From contig CAZWKL010000002.1 of NCBI GenBank assembly GCA_964633875.1, positions 23,338-87,337 on the forward strand: a stretch of 64,000 nt of DNA, written 5' to 3'. Position 1 is the first letter of the stretch. Each line of letters starts with the position of its first letter. The notes below the pieces were generated by a model. It searched no databases, was not told the origin of the DNA, and saw only the letters and a list, made by a program, of their open reading frames with translations. Shown piece after piece: positions 56,219 through 64,000 of this stretch. A program made the translations under genes and the position numbers. Source of the DNA: an uncultured Pseudomonadales bacterium (GTDB taxonomy: Bacteria; Patescibacteriota; Microgenomatia; UBA1400; PJMF01).

Positions 56219-57541
56219 TTTTGCCCGCTGCTGATCCCAGTAGGCGCCGCGCCGGCAGAGCAGCTCATCGGCTTTTTCAGGTTCTTGCATTAGTTTCTCG
56301 ACGGCAATTTCCAGCAGCAGCGTGTTTTGCGAACCTTTTACCAACAGCAAACTATCTTTTTCTAACTGTTTTTCCAGGTAGATGGCGGCTTTGGCGGCAT
56401 CCGGAAACCATTGGGCTGGAGTATTGGTAGTGGCAATGACCGGCAGGGCATACTGCCGCATAGCTGGGCCAACCAAGGCAATTTTATCGCAAACTGCGGC
56501 GGCTTTTTTGGCCACCCGCTCGTGTTCAAGTTTGGTTTCCTGACCCAGTTCGCGCATATCACCCAAGAGCGCCAGTTTTTTGCCAGGAGCAATTTGGTTG
56601 ATCAACTCGAGAGAGTCCAGCATCGGTTCGGCTGAGGCGTTGTATGAGCTGTCAAGAATGTAGGCGCCGTTGATAGCCGGAATTAGGGAGGAACGTCCCT
56701 TGGGCAGTTTGAAGTTTTTTTGGAGGGACTTGATCGCTTTTTCGACGGTGATGTTTTGGCTGATGGCCGCCGCGAGAGCGGCGGCCAAAGTATAACCGAA
56801 ATGTTCCGGTAAAGCTTGGCTAGGGAATTTTAACTCATAGTTTTTATTTTGATATTTCAAGCTAAAACTGGTACCGCTCAGCTTTTGACTTGCTCCCACC
56901 ACCCGGATGGTAGCGTTTTTAGTTTGGCCAAAAGTCAAAACCGTGGCTTGAGTTTTCTCGGCGTGCTTCATCACATTGGCGTCGTCGGCGTTGAGAATCG
57001 CTGTGCCGTTTTCAGGCAAGCTGGTGATGAGCTTACCTTTTTCCGCCGCGATCAAGGCTGTCACTTCTTCTTTGCGTTGCCGCGGGTCGATAGTTTTTAC
57101 CAGATTATCAAAAGGTTGACTGTGCGCCGCGCCAGCATTAAGAAAAATTCCCACCCGGGGTTGAAGAATAGTCAACAAATAGGCCATATTTTTGGGTGCA
57201 TCAGGGCTGTCGATAGCCATTTCCACGATATAAACGTCATATTTTTCTTTGTTAGTGAACAACTTGATTGGTGCCGCCAAAATCAGATACAACCACTCCA
57301 GACGGGAGTAATTTTTATTGCTCAGCCCCATAATATTAAGAGGAATACCGGATTCAGAATTAGCTTTGTAGCCCGTTTTAGTCCTGAAATGGTCCTTAAA
57401 AATGGCCTCGACCGCGTTTCTGGCGCTACTTTTACCCGCCGAGCCAGTAATGCCAATAATCAAGGGCTGATTCTTTTTGAGCTGAATCTTGGCTAAAAAT
57501 TTAAAATACTCAAGAATCAGTCTGCTCAGCAAAGGTTTCAT
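56207..57541 (-). CDS. murF: UDP-MurNAc-tripeptide--D-Ala-D-Ala ligase
   Basis: GITGSAGKS, LNADD, DSSYNA, LGDMRELG, LVKGSQ. Confidence 0.9.
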   Translation of the reverse strand: MKPLLSRLILEYFKFLAKIQLKKNQPLIIGITGSAGKSSARNAVEAIFKDHFRTKTGYKANSESGIPLNIMGLSNKNYSRLEWLYLILAAPIKLFTNKEKYDVYIVEMAIDSPDAPKNMAYLLTILQPRVGIFLNAGAAHSQPFDNLVKTIDPRQRKEEVTALIAAEKGKLITSLPENGTAILNADDANVMKHAEKTQATVLTFGQTKNATIRVVGASQKLSGTSFSLKYQNKNYELKFPSQALPEHFGYTLAAALAAAISQNITVEKAIKSLQKNFKLPKGRSSLIPAINGAYILDSSYNASAEPMLDSLELINQIAPGKKLALLGDMRELGQETKLEHERVAKKAAAVCDKIALVGPAMRQYALPVIATTNTPAQWFPDAAKAAIYLEKQLEKDSLLLVKGSQNTLLLEIAVEKLMQEPEKADELLCRRGAYWDQQRAKLLR

Positions 57542-57585
57542 AGATTGTACAGTTATTACTAGCTAATAGAGTTAGTGTACTATGT

Positions 57586-58746
57586 ATGGTTCGCAAAAGT
57601 AATACGAATGATCAAGTGAAGTTGTCCACGGCGGAGTTGGCAGCGGTCTTAAGTGTGCCCGGCATTGGCAGGAAAACTGTTCGCCAAATCATGACTTACC
57701 TAAATAAACACGAAGTAAGCTTTGGGGAATTTTGGCGAAAATTGCCGATTTCAGTTGTGGAATTACTTTTATCAAAAAAACAGCTGGATAGCCTCAAAAA
57801 CTTCAAAAAAGAACACACAATTAGCTCGTATAATGACTCTTTGTTGGAGCAGGGGATTCAGCTGATTTCTTATAAAGATATCGCTTATCCACCGTTGCTT
57901 TTGGCCGCTGCGGATTTTCCATTGCTGCTCTTTGCAAAAGGAAACACGAAGGTGCTCAGGGACCGGCGCATGATTGCCGTAGTTGGTACCAGAAGAGTAA
58001 CGGCGTATGGCAAAATGGCGACCCGGAAGATTGTCGGAGAACTATGTTTGGAAGAAGCCATCATTGTTTCAGGATTTATGTATGGGGTTGATGCCGAAGC
58101 CCACCGGGCAGCCATTTTGGCAGGCGGTCAAACAGTAGGAGTGCTTGGTTATGGTTACAACTATCTCTTCCCCGAGAGACAACGACCACTATTTAGCAAT
58201 CTTCTTGAACACGGCGGAGTGTTTATTACCGAATTTCCTCCTTATGTCGCTCCCAAAGCCGGACAGTTTCCCGTTAGAAATAGAATTATTGCCGGCATGT
58301 CTCAGGCTGTAGTGGTGATAGAAGCCGCTTCAAGAAGTGGTACAACCATTACTGCCAACTGCGCCCTTGAGGAGGGCAGACTTGTCTGTGCCGTTCCCGG
58401 GCCAGTTACCAGTCCATTTTCTGACGGCACCAAGAATTTGCTCAAACAAGGCGCAGTGATGGTGGGTAGTGGCAGCGAAATTATTGGAGAACTGCAGTCA
58501 AGTTATCCAGAATGTTGGCAGGGCAATTATGCAGCTAAAAATTACAGCTTTTATCCCGGCGGCCATGATTCTCCGGAAAAAATCATATATGATATGCTGA
58601 TGGCTCAGTCACTTAGTACGGAAAAGTTGAGTCAGCAAATTCAATTACCTGTTGTAGAATTAAACACATTGTTGACACAATTGGAGTTAAACGGCAGGAT
58701 TGTCAGGAATGGTTTGAACTGGACAGCTGTGTCCATCGATGAATAA
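57586..58746 (+). CDS. dprA: DNA-processing protein DprA
   Basis: YPPLL, AVVGTR, VSGFMYGVD, FPVRNRIIAG, EAASRSGT, VPGP. Confidence 0.95.
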   Translation: MVRKSNTNDQVKLSTAELAAVLSVPGIGRKTVRQIMTYLNKHEVSFGEFWRKLPISVVELLLSKKQLDSLKNFKKEHTISSYNDSLLEQGIQLISYKDIAYPPLLLAAADFPLLLFAKGNTKVLRDRRMIAVVGTRRVTAYGKMATRKIVGELCLEEAIIVSGFMYGVDAEAHRAAILAGGQTVGVLGYGYNYLFPERQRPLFSNLLEHGGVFITEFPPYVAPKAGQFPVRNRIIAGMSQAVVVIEAASRSGTTITANCALEEGRLVCAVPGPVTSPFSDGTKNLLKQGAVMVGSGSEIIGELQSSYPECWQGNYAAKNYSFYPGGHDSPEKIIYDMLMAQSLSTEKLSQQIQLPVVELNTLLTQLELNGRIVRNGLNWTAVSIDE

Positions 58747-58748
58747 TT

Positions 58749-60983
58749 ATGCATTTAGTAATAGTAGAATCACCCACCAAAGCTAGAAAGTTAAGCTCAT
58801 ATTTGGGCAAAGATTTTCAGATAGAAGCCTCGATTGGTCACATTCGTGATTTGCCAAAAAGTGGCATTAATGTTGATACAGCCAATAATTTTGAACCTAC
58901 CTACGCGGCTTCACCCGACAAGAAAAAAGTCATTACCAAACTCACCCAGGCCGCCAAAAAGGCAGACAATATCTATCTGGCCACTGACCCGGACCGGGAA
59001 GGTGAGGCTATTGCTTGGCATATCAAAGAAACTTTGGAAAGCAAAAAGGGGTTGGGCAAGAAAAATTTCATGCGGGCCACTTTTCATGAAATTACCAAAC
59101 CTGCTGTTATTAAGGCCATCGAAAACCCTGGTGTTATCAAAATGGATTTGGTGGATGCTCAGCAAGCCAGAAGAATTGTAGATAGGCTGGTAGGTTACGA
59201 AGTTTCCCCGGTGTTATGGAAAAAAATCCGTCGCGGCCTTTCTGCCGGCCGGGTGCAATCGGTGGCTTTGCGGTTAATTGTCGAGCGCGAGCGGGAAATT
59301 GAAGCTTTTAAACCTGAAGAGTACTGGGAAGTTGATGTGGCGCTCAACACCAGCGGCAAACTTGACTTTACCGCTTTCAAAGATGGAGCGGCCAAGGATG
59401 ATTTGCCTGAAAGTCTGTTGATTGGCAGGCTGGTGAAACTGAATGGCCAGACTTTCAAGCCTACCAAAGAGGCGGATGTTTCCGGACTCAAGACAGTTTT
59501 GCCTGCTGCTACTTACGAAGTGGCGGAAGTGGAGCGCAAGCAAAGGAAACGCAGTAGTTTGCCGCCTTTTACCACTTCCACCATGCAGCAAAAAGCCGCC
59601 GTTGTTTTAGGCTACAGCGGCAAGCAAACCATGCGTTTGGCGCAGCAGCTTTATGAAGAAGGTCTGATTACTTATCACCGCACCGACTCCATGAGCTTGT
59701 CACAGGCCTCAATTGGGATGGCCAGGGAGTATATTGTCAATGTTTATGGAACAGAGTATTTACCTGAAAAACCCCGATATTTTGCTACCAAAAGCAAAAA
59801 CGCCCAAGAAGCCCACGAGGCTATCAGGGTCACTGAAGTGGCCATCAAAGCAGAAGAGGTTATGGCTAAAGGCAGCAAATTTACCAATCAGCACGTGCGT
59901 TTGTATGATCTGATCCGCCGCCGCTTTATTGCCAGCCAGATGGAGACGGCCATCTACGACCAAACCACCATTCTCACCGACGTCAAGCCCAACACCAGCG
60001 GCGGCGGCAAAAGCAAAAACATTAAAAGCGCCCAGCTCAAAACCACCGGCTCTATTTTGACTTTCGACGGCTGGATGAAACTTTTCCCCGGCAGCGACGA
60101 TACCCTGCTACCAGAAGTTGAGCAAGGTCAAAGCCTGGATTTTGTCGATCACAATTACGCCCAGAAATTCACTCAACCGCCCGCCAGGTACAACGACGCT
60201 TCCTTAATCAAAACTTTGGAGAAAATGGGCATCGGCCGCCCCAGCACCTACGCCTCAATTGTTTCGGTGATTGAAGACCGCGGCTATGTTGAAAAGCAGC
60301 AGAAGCGGTTTTTTGCCACCCCGATCGGCATGACCGTGACCGATTTCTTGATGGAACACTTTACTACCTTCATGGATTACGAATTCACTGCCGAAATGGA
60401 AGAAAATTTGGACAGAATTGCCAGAGGTGAGAAGCAGTGGCGCAAAATTGTAGGCGAATTTTACACGCCTTTTCATGACAAAGTAGAAAAAGTGACTGAA
60501 AATGCCAAGCGCCAACAAGTGCCGTACGAGCAAACCGGCGAAAAATGCCCGGAATGCGGGACGGCGGAGGGTGGAGAAATTGTCATCCGCACCGGCCGCT
60601 ACGGCAAGTTCAAAAGCTGCAGCCGCTTTCCCGACTGCAAATTTACCGAAAATATTGTGGCTACCATTGAGGGCGTTAAGTGTCCGCTTTGCGGCCAAGG
60701 TGGGGTGATTGCTAGAAATACCCGCTGGGGCAAACAATTTTATGGCTGCAGCACCTATCCCAAATGTGGCTGGGCCAGTTGGCAAGAACCTAAGCCGGGC
60801 GAAACTGTAACAGCGGCAGAGTGGGCCGAACTGCAAGCCAAGCGTGAGGAGCGAAAAAAGAAGTGGCAAGAGCGTCGTAGCAAAGGTAAGGCCGCCAAGA
60901 AAACCGCAAAAACCAAAACCACCAAAACAAAAAAGTCCGCAACACCCGGTGGCAGGAAAAAAGCCGCCAAAGCTAAAACTTAG
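58749..60983 (+). CDS. topA: DNA topoisomerase I with Zn ribbons and Lys-rich tail
   Basis: [44 protein letters not shown] and two C4 ribbons. Confidence 0.98.
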   Translation: MHLVIVESPTKARKLSSYLGKDFQIEASIGHIRDLPKSGINVDTANNFEPTYAASPDKKKVITKLTQAAKKADNIYLATDPDREGEAIAWHIKETLESKKGLGKKNFMRATFHEITKPAVIKAIENPGVIKMDLVDAQQARRIVDRLVGYEVSPVLWKKIRRGLSAGRVQSVALRLIVEREREIEAFKPEEYWEVDVALNTSGKLDFTAFKDGAAKDDLPESLLIGRLVKLNGQTFKPTKEADVSGLKTVLPAATYEVAEVERKQRKRSSLPPFTTSTMQQKAAVVLGYSGKQTMRLAQQLYEEGLITYHRTDSMSLSQASIGMAREYIVNVYGTEYLPEKPRYFATKSKNAQEAHEAIRVTEVAIKAEEVMAKGSKFTNQHVRLYDLIRRRFIASQMETAIYDQTTILTDVKPNTSGGGKSKNIKSAQLKTTGSILTFDGWMKLFPGSDDTLLPEVEQGQSLDFVDHNYAQKFTQPPARYNDASLIKTLEKMGIGRPSTYASIVSVIEDRGYVEKQQKRFFATPIGMTVTDFLMEHFTTFMDYEFTAEMEENLDRIARGEKQWRKIVGEFYTPFHDKVEKVTENAKRQQVPYEQTGEKCPECGTAEGGEIVIRTGRYGKFKSCSRFPDCKFTENIVATIEGVKCPLCGQGGVIARNTRWGKQFYGCSTYPKCGWASWQEPKPGETVTAAEWAELQAKREERKKKWQERRSKGKAAKKTAKTKTTKTKKSATPGGRKKAAKAKT

Positions 60984-61801
60984 ACCGCCATTTCGGCCTT
61001 GATCCGCGGATGATGTTGGTAATTTTCTAGCTTGACATCATCCATGGTAAAGCCATCAATATCTTTCACTTTTGGATTAAGCCAAAGAGTGGGTGAATCA
61101 TAAGGCTTTCGGGACAGCTGTTCCTTGACTTGATTAAGATGATTTTTGTAAATATGGGCATCACCTAAAACATGAATGAACTCCCCTGGCTCCAAATCCG
61201 TCACCTGGGCCACCATGTGCAACAGCAGAGAATAAGAAGCAATATTAAACGGTACACCTAGGAACATATCGCCGCTGCGTTGGTACATTTGCAGGGAAAG
61301 TTTGCCTTCAGCCACAAAAAATTGGAAAAAAACGTGACAAGGCGGCAGCGCCATTTGGTCAAGCTCACCCGGATTCCAGGCGGAAACAATCAACCTCCGG
61401 TCGTAGGGGTCTTTTTTGATCCGCTCGATCACTTCCGCTAATTGATCAATTTCCTTTCCCTCAGGATTTCTCCAGGATCGCCACTGGACTCCGTAAACTC
61501 GACCTAAATCTCCCTCAAACTTGGCTTTGGGTTTCCAATAGGGAGCATCAGCGTTGGCGTCCCAGATGTGACAGCCCATTTCATTGAGAACTTTGTTGTC
61601 AGAAGTGCCCTTAAAAAACCAGAGCAGTTCGGCTAGGACTTGCTTGAAAGCCAGCTTTTTGGTGGTCACAGCCGGAAAACCCTGGGAGAGGTCGTAGCGG
61701 GTTTGCAGACCAAAAACCGCGATAGTACCAACTCCGGTACGGTCATCTCTGGCGACCCCATTTTCAAGCACATACTTGAGCGAGTTGAGGTATTGCTGCA
61801 T
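60980..61801 (-). CDS. thyA: Thymidylate synthase
   Basis: [38 protein letters not shown]. Confidence 0.98.
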   Translation of the reverse strand: MQQYLNSLKYVLENGVARDDRTGVGTIAVFGLQTRYDLSQGFPAVTTKKLAFKQVLAELLWFFKGTSDNKVLNEMGCHIWDANADAPYWKPKAKFEGDLGRVYGVQWRSWRNPEGKEIDQLAEVIERIKKDPYDRRLIVSAWNPGELDQMALPPCHVFFQFFVAEGKLSLQMYQRSGDMFLGVPFNIASYSLLLHMVAQVTDLEPGEFIHVLGDAHIYKNHLNQVKEQLSRKPYDSPTLWLNPKVKDIDGFTMDDVKLENYQHHPRIKAEMAV

Positions 61802-61843
61802 TTTTCCTTTGTTTACTTTTGGTTTATTTAATGTCTGTATTTT

Positions 61844-62422
61844 TTACTCTTGGTTGTCTGGAAAATTCTCCGCCATTTTGCTGGCCTGGACTGAAAAGTT
61901 GTTGAAGTACTTACTGCCGAGTGAGGGATCGCCGTATTGTTTTTCTGCCGGACTCTTGAGTTGGCAGAAAGCTATTTGGGCAATTTTCATTTTGGGATAA
62001 AGTTTGATTGGCATGCTGTTGGTATTGAAGAGTTCGAGAGTGGCTTTGAGTTTGTTGCCGGGATCAACAAAACCGGCGGTAGTGTGGATGATTAAACCAA
62101 GTCTAGCCAGACTGCTTTTGCCCATAATGTTGAGACAGTATTGAGGCCCAACGCCAAAAAAATCATCTGTCACAGCCAGGGCAAACTCGCCGGGGTGGAG
62201 GACAAAGTAGTCATTTTCATTTTCCAGGGTGATTTTGGTCATGTATTCTGCCACTGGTTGTTTGGGATCGATGATCTCAACTTTATGTTTGTCAAAAACC
62301 AGAAATTCGTTTCCAAGCAGGACATCATAGCTGGCGGGTTGGAGCCTGGCGGGGTCGAAGTTTTCAATAATAATTTCGCCCGCGCTCAGGGCTGCTTTAA
62401 TATCAACATCAGATAGGTACAT
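61844..62422 (-). CDS. dcd: dCTP deaminase
   Basis: LQPASYD, GKSSLARLG, TAGFVDPG, TLE. Confidence 0.95.
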   Translation of the reverse strand: MYLSDVDIKAALSAGEIIIENFDPARLQPASYDVLLGNEFLVFDKHKVEIIDPKQPVAEYMTKITLENENDYFVLHPGEFALAVTDDFFGVGPQYCLNIMGKSSLARLGLIIHTTAGFVDPGNKLKATLELFNTNSMPIKLYPKMKIAQIAFCQLKSPAEKQYGDPSLGSKYFNNFSVQASKMAENFPDNQE

Positions 62423-62496
62423 AACAATTTCCTTCTCACCTAATATAACTGATTTTAAAAATTTTTGAACAGTGAGAAGCGTGGTAGGATATGCTC

Positions 62497-63009
62497 ATGC
62501 ACGTTTTCCTTATCGCTGCCGTTACCTTGGATGGCTTTATTGCTCAAACCAAAAACCAGAAATCCACCCAGTGGACCAGTAAAGCTGATGCTGATTATTT
62601 TAGAGCCAGGTCAAAGCAAGCGGGGGCGCTGGTGATGGGCGCTACCACTTTTGCCACGATTGGCGGCCCGATGCAGGGCAGGAAAGTTTATGTGTTGACT
62701 CGGAGTCCGGAGGATTTTGAAGGCTATCATCGCGATCAGGTGGAGCCGGTGGCTTTACCGCTGGAAGAATTGGTGAATAAAGTTGAAGCCGAAGGCTTTA
62801 AGGAGTTGGCTGTTTGCGGTGGCGCTAGCGTTTACCACCAATTTATGGCTGCTGGTTTGGTGCAAACTTTGTACTTGACGGTTGAGCCGAAGCTGTTTGG
62901 TAAGGGTATCAAGCTTTTTTCTGGTAATTTGGCTGAGGTTGAGTTGAAGTTGAAAAAAGTTAAAAAGCTCTCGGAGCAAACAATTTTGTTGGAATATCAG
63001 GTGAAGTAG
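62497..63009 (+). CDS. Dihydrofolate reductase family protein
   Basis: AAVTLDGFIA, LVMGATT, VCGGASVY, LYLTVEP; lies in the thymidylate cluster. Confidence 0.85.
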   Translation: MHVFLIAAVTLDGFIAQTKNQKSTQWTSKADADYFRARSKQAGALVMGATTFATIGGPMQGRKVYVLTRSPEDFEGYHRDQVEPVALPLEELVNKVEAEGFKELAVCGGASVYHQFMAAGLVQTLYLTVEPKLFGKGIKLFSGNLAEVELKLKKVKKLSEQTILLEYQVK

Positions 63010-63023
63010 TAGGGAAGTTGAGT

Positions 63024-63467
63024 ATGGCAGAAAAAATTGCAGTGGTAATTAAGCGGTTTGATCAATCTTTGCCGCTGCCAGAGTATAAGACGGCTGGGGC
63101 AGCTGCTTTTGATCTATACGCCCGGGTGGAGACCACCATCCCCGCCGGTGGTATCGGTTACGTGCCTTTGAACATCGCCCTGCAGCTGCCCCCCAACCAC
63201 TGGGCGCTTTTGAGCGCCCGCAGTTCATTGCACAAGCGCGGCCTGATGCTGGCCAACGGCATTGGGGTGGGCGACTACGATTACCGCGGCGATGAAGACG
63301 AATACCAGGCAGCCATCTACAATTTTTCTTCCCAAGATGTGGTGGTTGAGCGCGGCGAGCGCCTGGTGCAAATGATCATCATGCCTCGCACGCCGGTAGA
63401 GTTTCAAGAATTAGAGCATTTTGCCACCAACAGCCGCGGCGGTTTTGGCAGTACTGGTAGAAAATGA
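63024..63467 (+). CDS. dut: dUTP diphosphatase
   Basis: AAFDL, ARSS, GVGDYDYRG, GERLVQ, RGGFGSTG. Confidence 0.95.
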   Translation: MAEKIAVVIKRFDQSLPLPEYKTAGAAAFDLYARVETTIPAGGIGYVPLNIALQLPPNHWALLSARSSLHKRGLMLANGIGVGDYDYRGDEDEYQAAIYNFSSQDVVVERGERLVQMIIMPRTPVEFQELEHFATNSRGGFGSTGRK

Positions 63468-63546
63468 CGGTAGAAAATGAGTCGCTGCTGATATACAGCA
63501 CTTAGTTTGCTATATTAAAAAAGGGCAATTTTGAAGAAAGGAGCCA

Positions 63547-64000
63547 GTGCCAAAAGCAAGCAAGAAGGGTTTTCTCATCACTTTTGAAGGCGGAGAAGGA
63601 GGAGGCAAGACCACCCAAGTGGTGCGTCTGCGCGACAAGCTCACTAAAGCCGGCAAAGACGTGTTGGTGTTGCGTGAACCAGGCGGTACGGTGATCAGCG
63701 AACAAATCAGAGAAGTAGTACTTTCTTCGAAAAATATCGGCATGGCCTACACTACAGAAGTATTACTATTTCAAGCTGCCAGGGCGCAGATTTACCGCGA
63801 ACTGGTTTTGCCATCGCTCAAAGTAGGCAAATTTGTTTTAATGGACCGCTCCCGCGACAGCTCGGTGGTCTACCAAGGAATGGTGCGTGGTTTCGGGAAA
63901 GATTTGATCGAGCAGCTCAATAATATTTCTACCAAAGAAACTTACCCAGATATAACATTTTTACTTGATTTACCAGCAAAAGTTGGATTAAAAAGAAGAG
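63547..64000 (+). CDS. tmk: Thymidylate kinase (3' end runs off the window)
   Basis: Not in the ORF track. GTG start after SD aggag; ITFEGGEGGGKTT, REPGGT, LLFQAARAQ, MDR, YQG. Confidence 0.95.
   Translation, partial: MPKASKKGFLITFEGGEGGGKTTQVVRLRDKLTKAGKDVLVLREPGGTVISEQIREVVLSSKNIGMAYTTEVLLFQAARAQIYRELVLPSLKVGKFVLMDRSRDSSVVYQGMVRGFGKDLIEQLNNISTKETYPDITFLLDLPAKVGLKRR

Noticed and set aside
63456-63480. ggtagaaaatga duplicated at the dut stop
   Set aside because: Simple local tandem duplication with no inserted element between the copies.

Overview
64-kb stretch of a compact bacterial chromosome using standard code 11 (TGA is a stop). Gene content and style suggest Patescibacteria/CPR, probably Microgenomates-like; this is an inference. 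Core genes: leuS, argS, thrS, secE-nusG-rplK-rplA, rplJ-rplL, rpmG, rpmB, def-fmt, topA-dprA, mreBCD-PBP2-murF, murL-murD, a thyA-dcd-folA-dut-tmk cluster, comEA with a split comEC, tdh-kbl and six tRNAs. Accessory content: four type II toxin-antitoxin pairs, two orphan antitoxin-like genes, a WxL/DUF916-like surface cluster and orphan ORFs after tRNA-Trp. The strongest unannotated signals are non-coding. They are a Thr5 leader-peptide attenuator before thrS with a second unexplained leader/terminator switch upstream, a T-box with a very short Stem I before argS, a 6S RNA, an L10 leader, an unknown 3-way-junction RNA next to tRNA-Thr, and 9-bp repeat arrays that may bind the BldC-like protein. 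Leaderless-type promoters are common, and both MreB copies have degenerate ATPase motifs. No CRISPR array, rRNA, integrase or transposase was seen. All calls come from reading the sequence by eye; no searches or folding programs were run.
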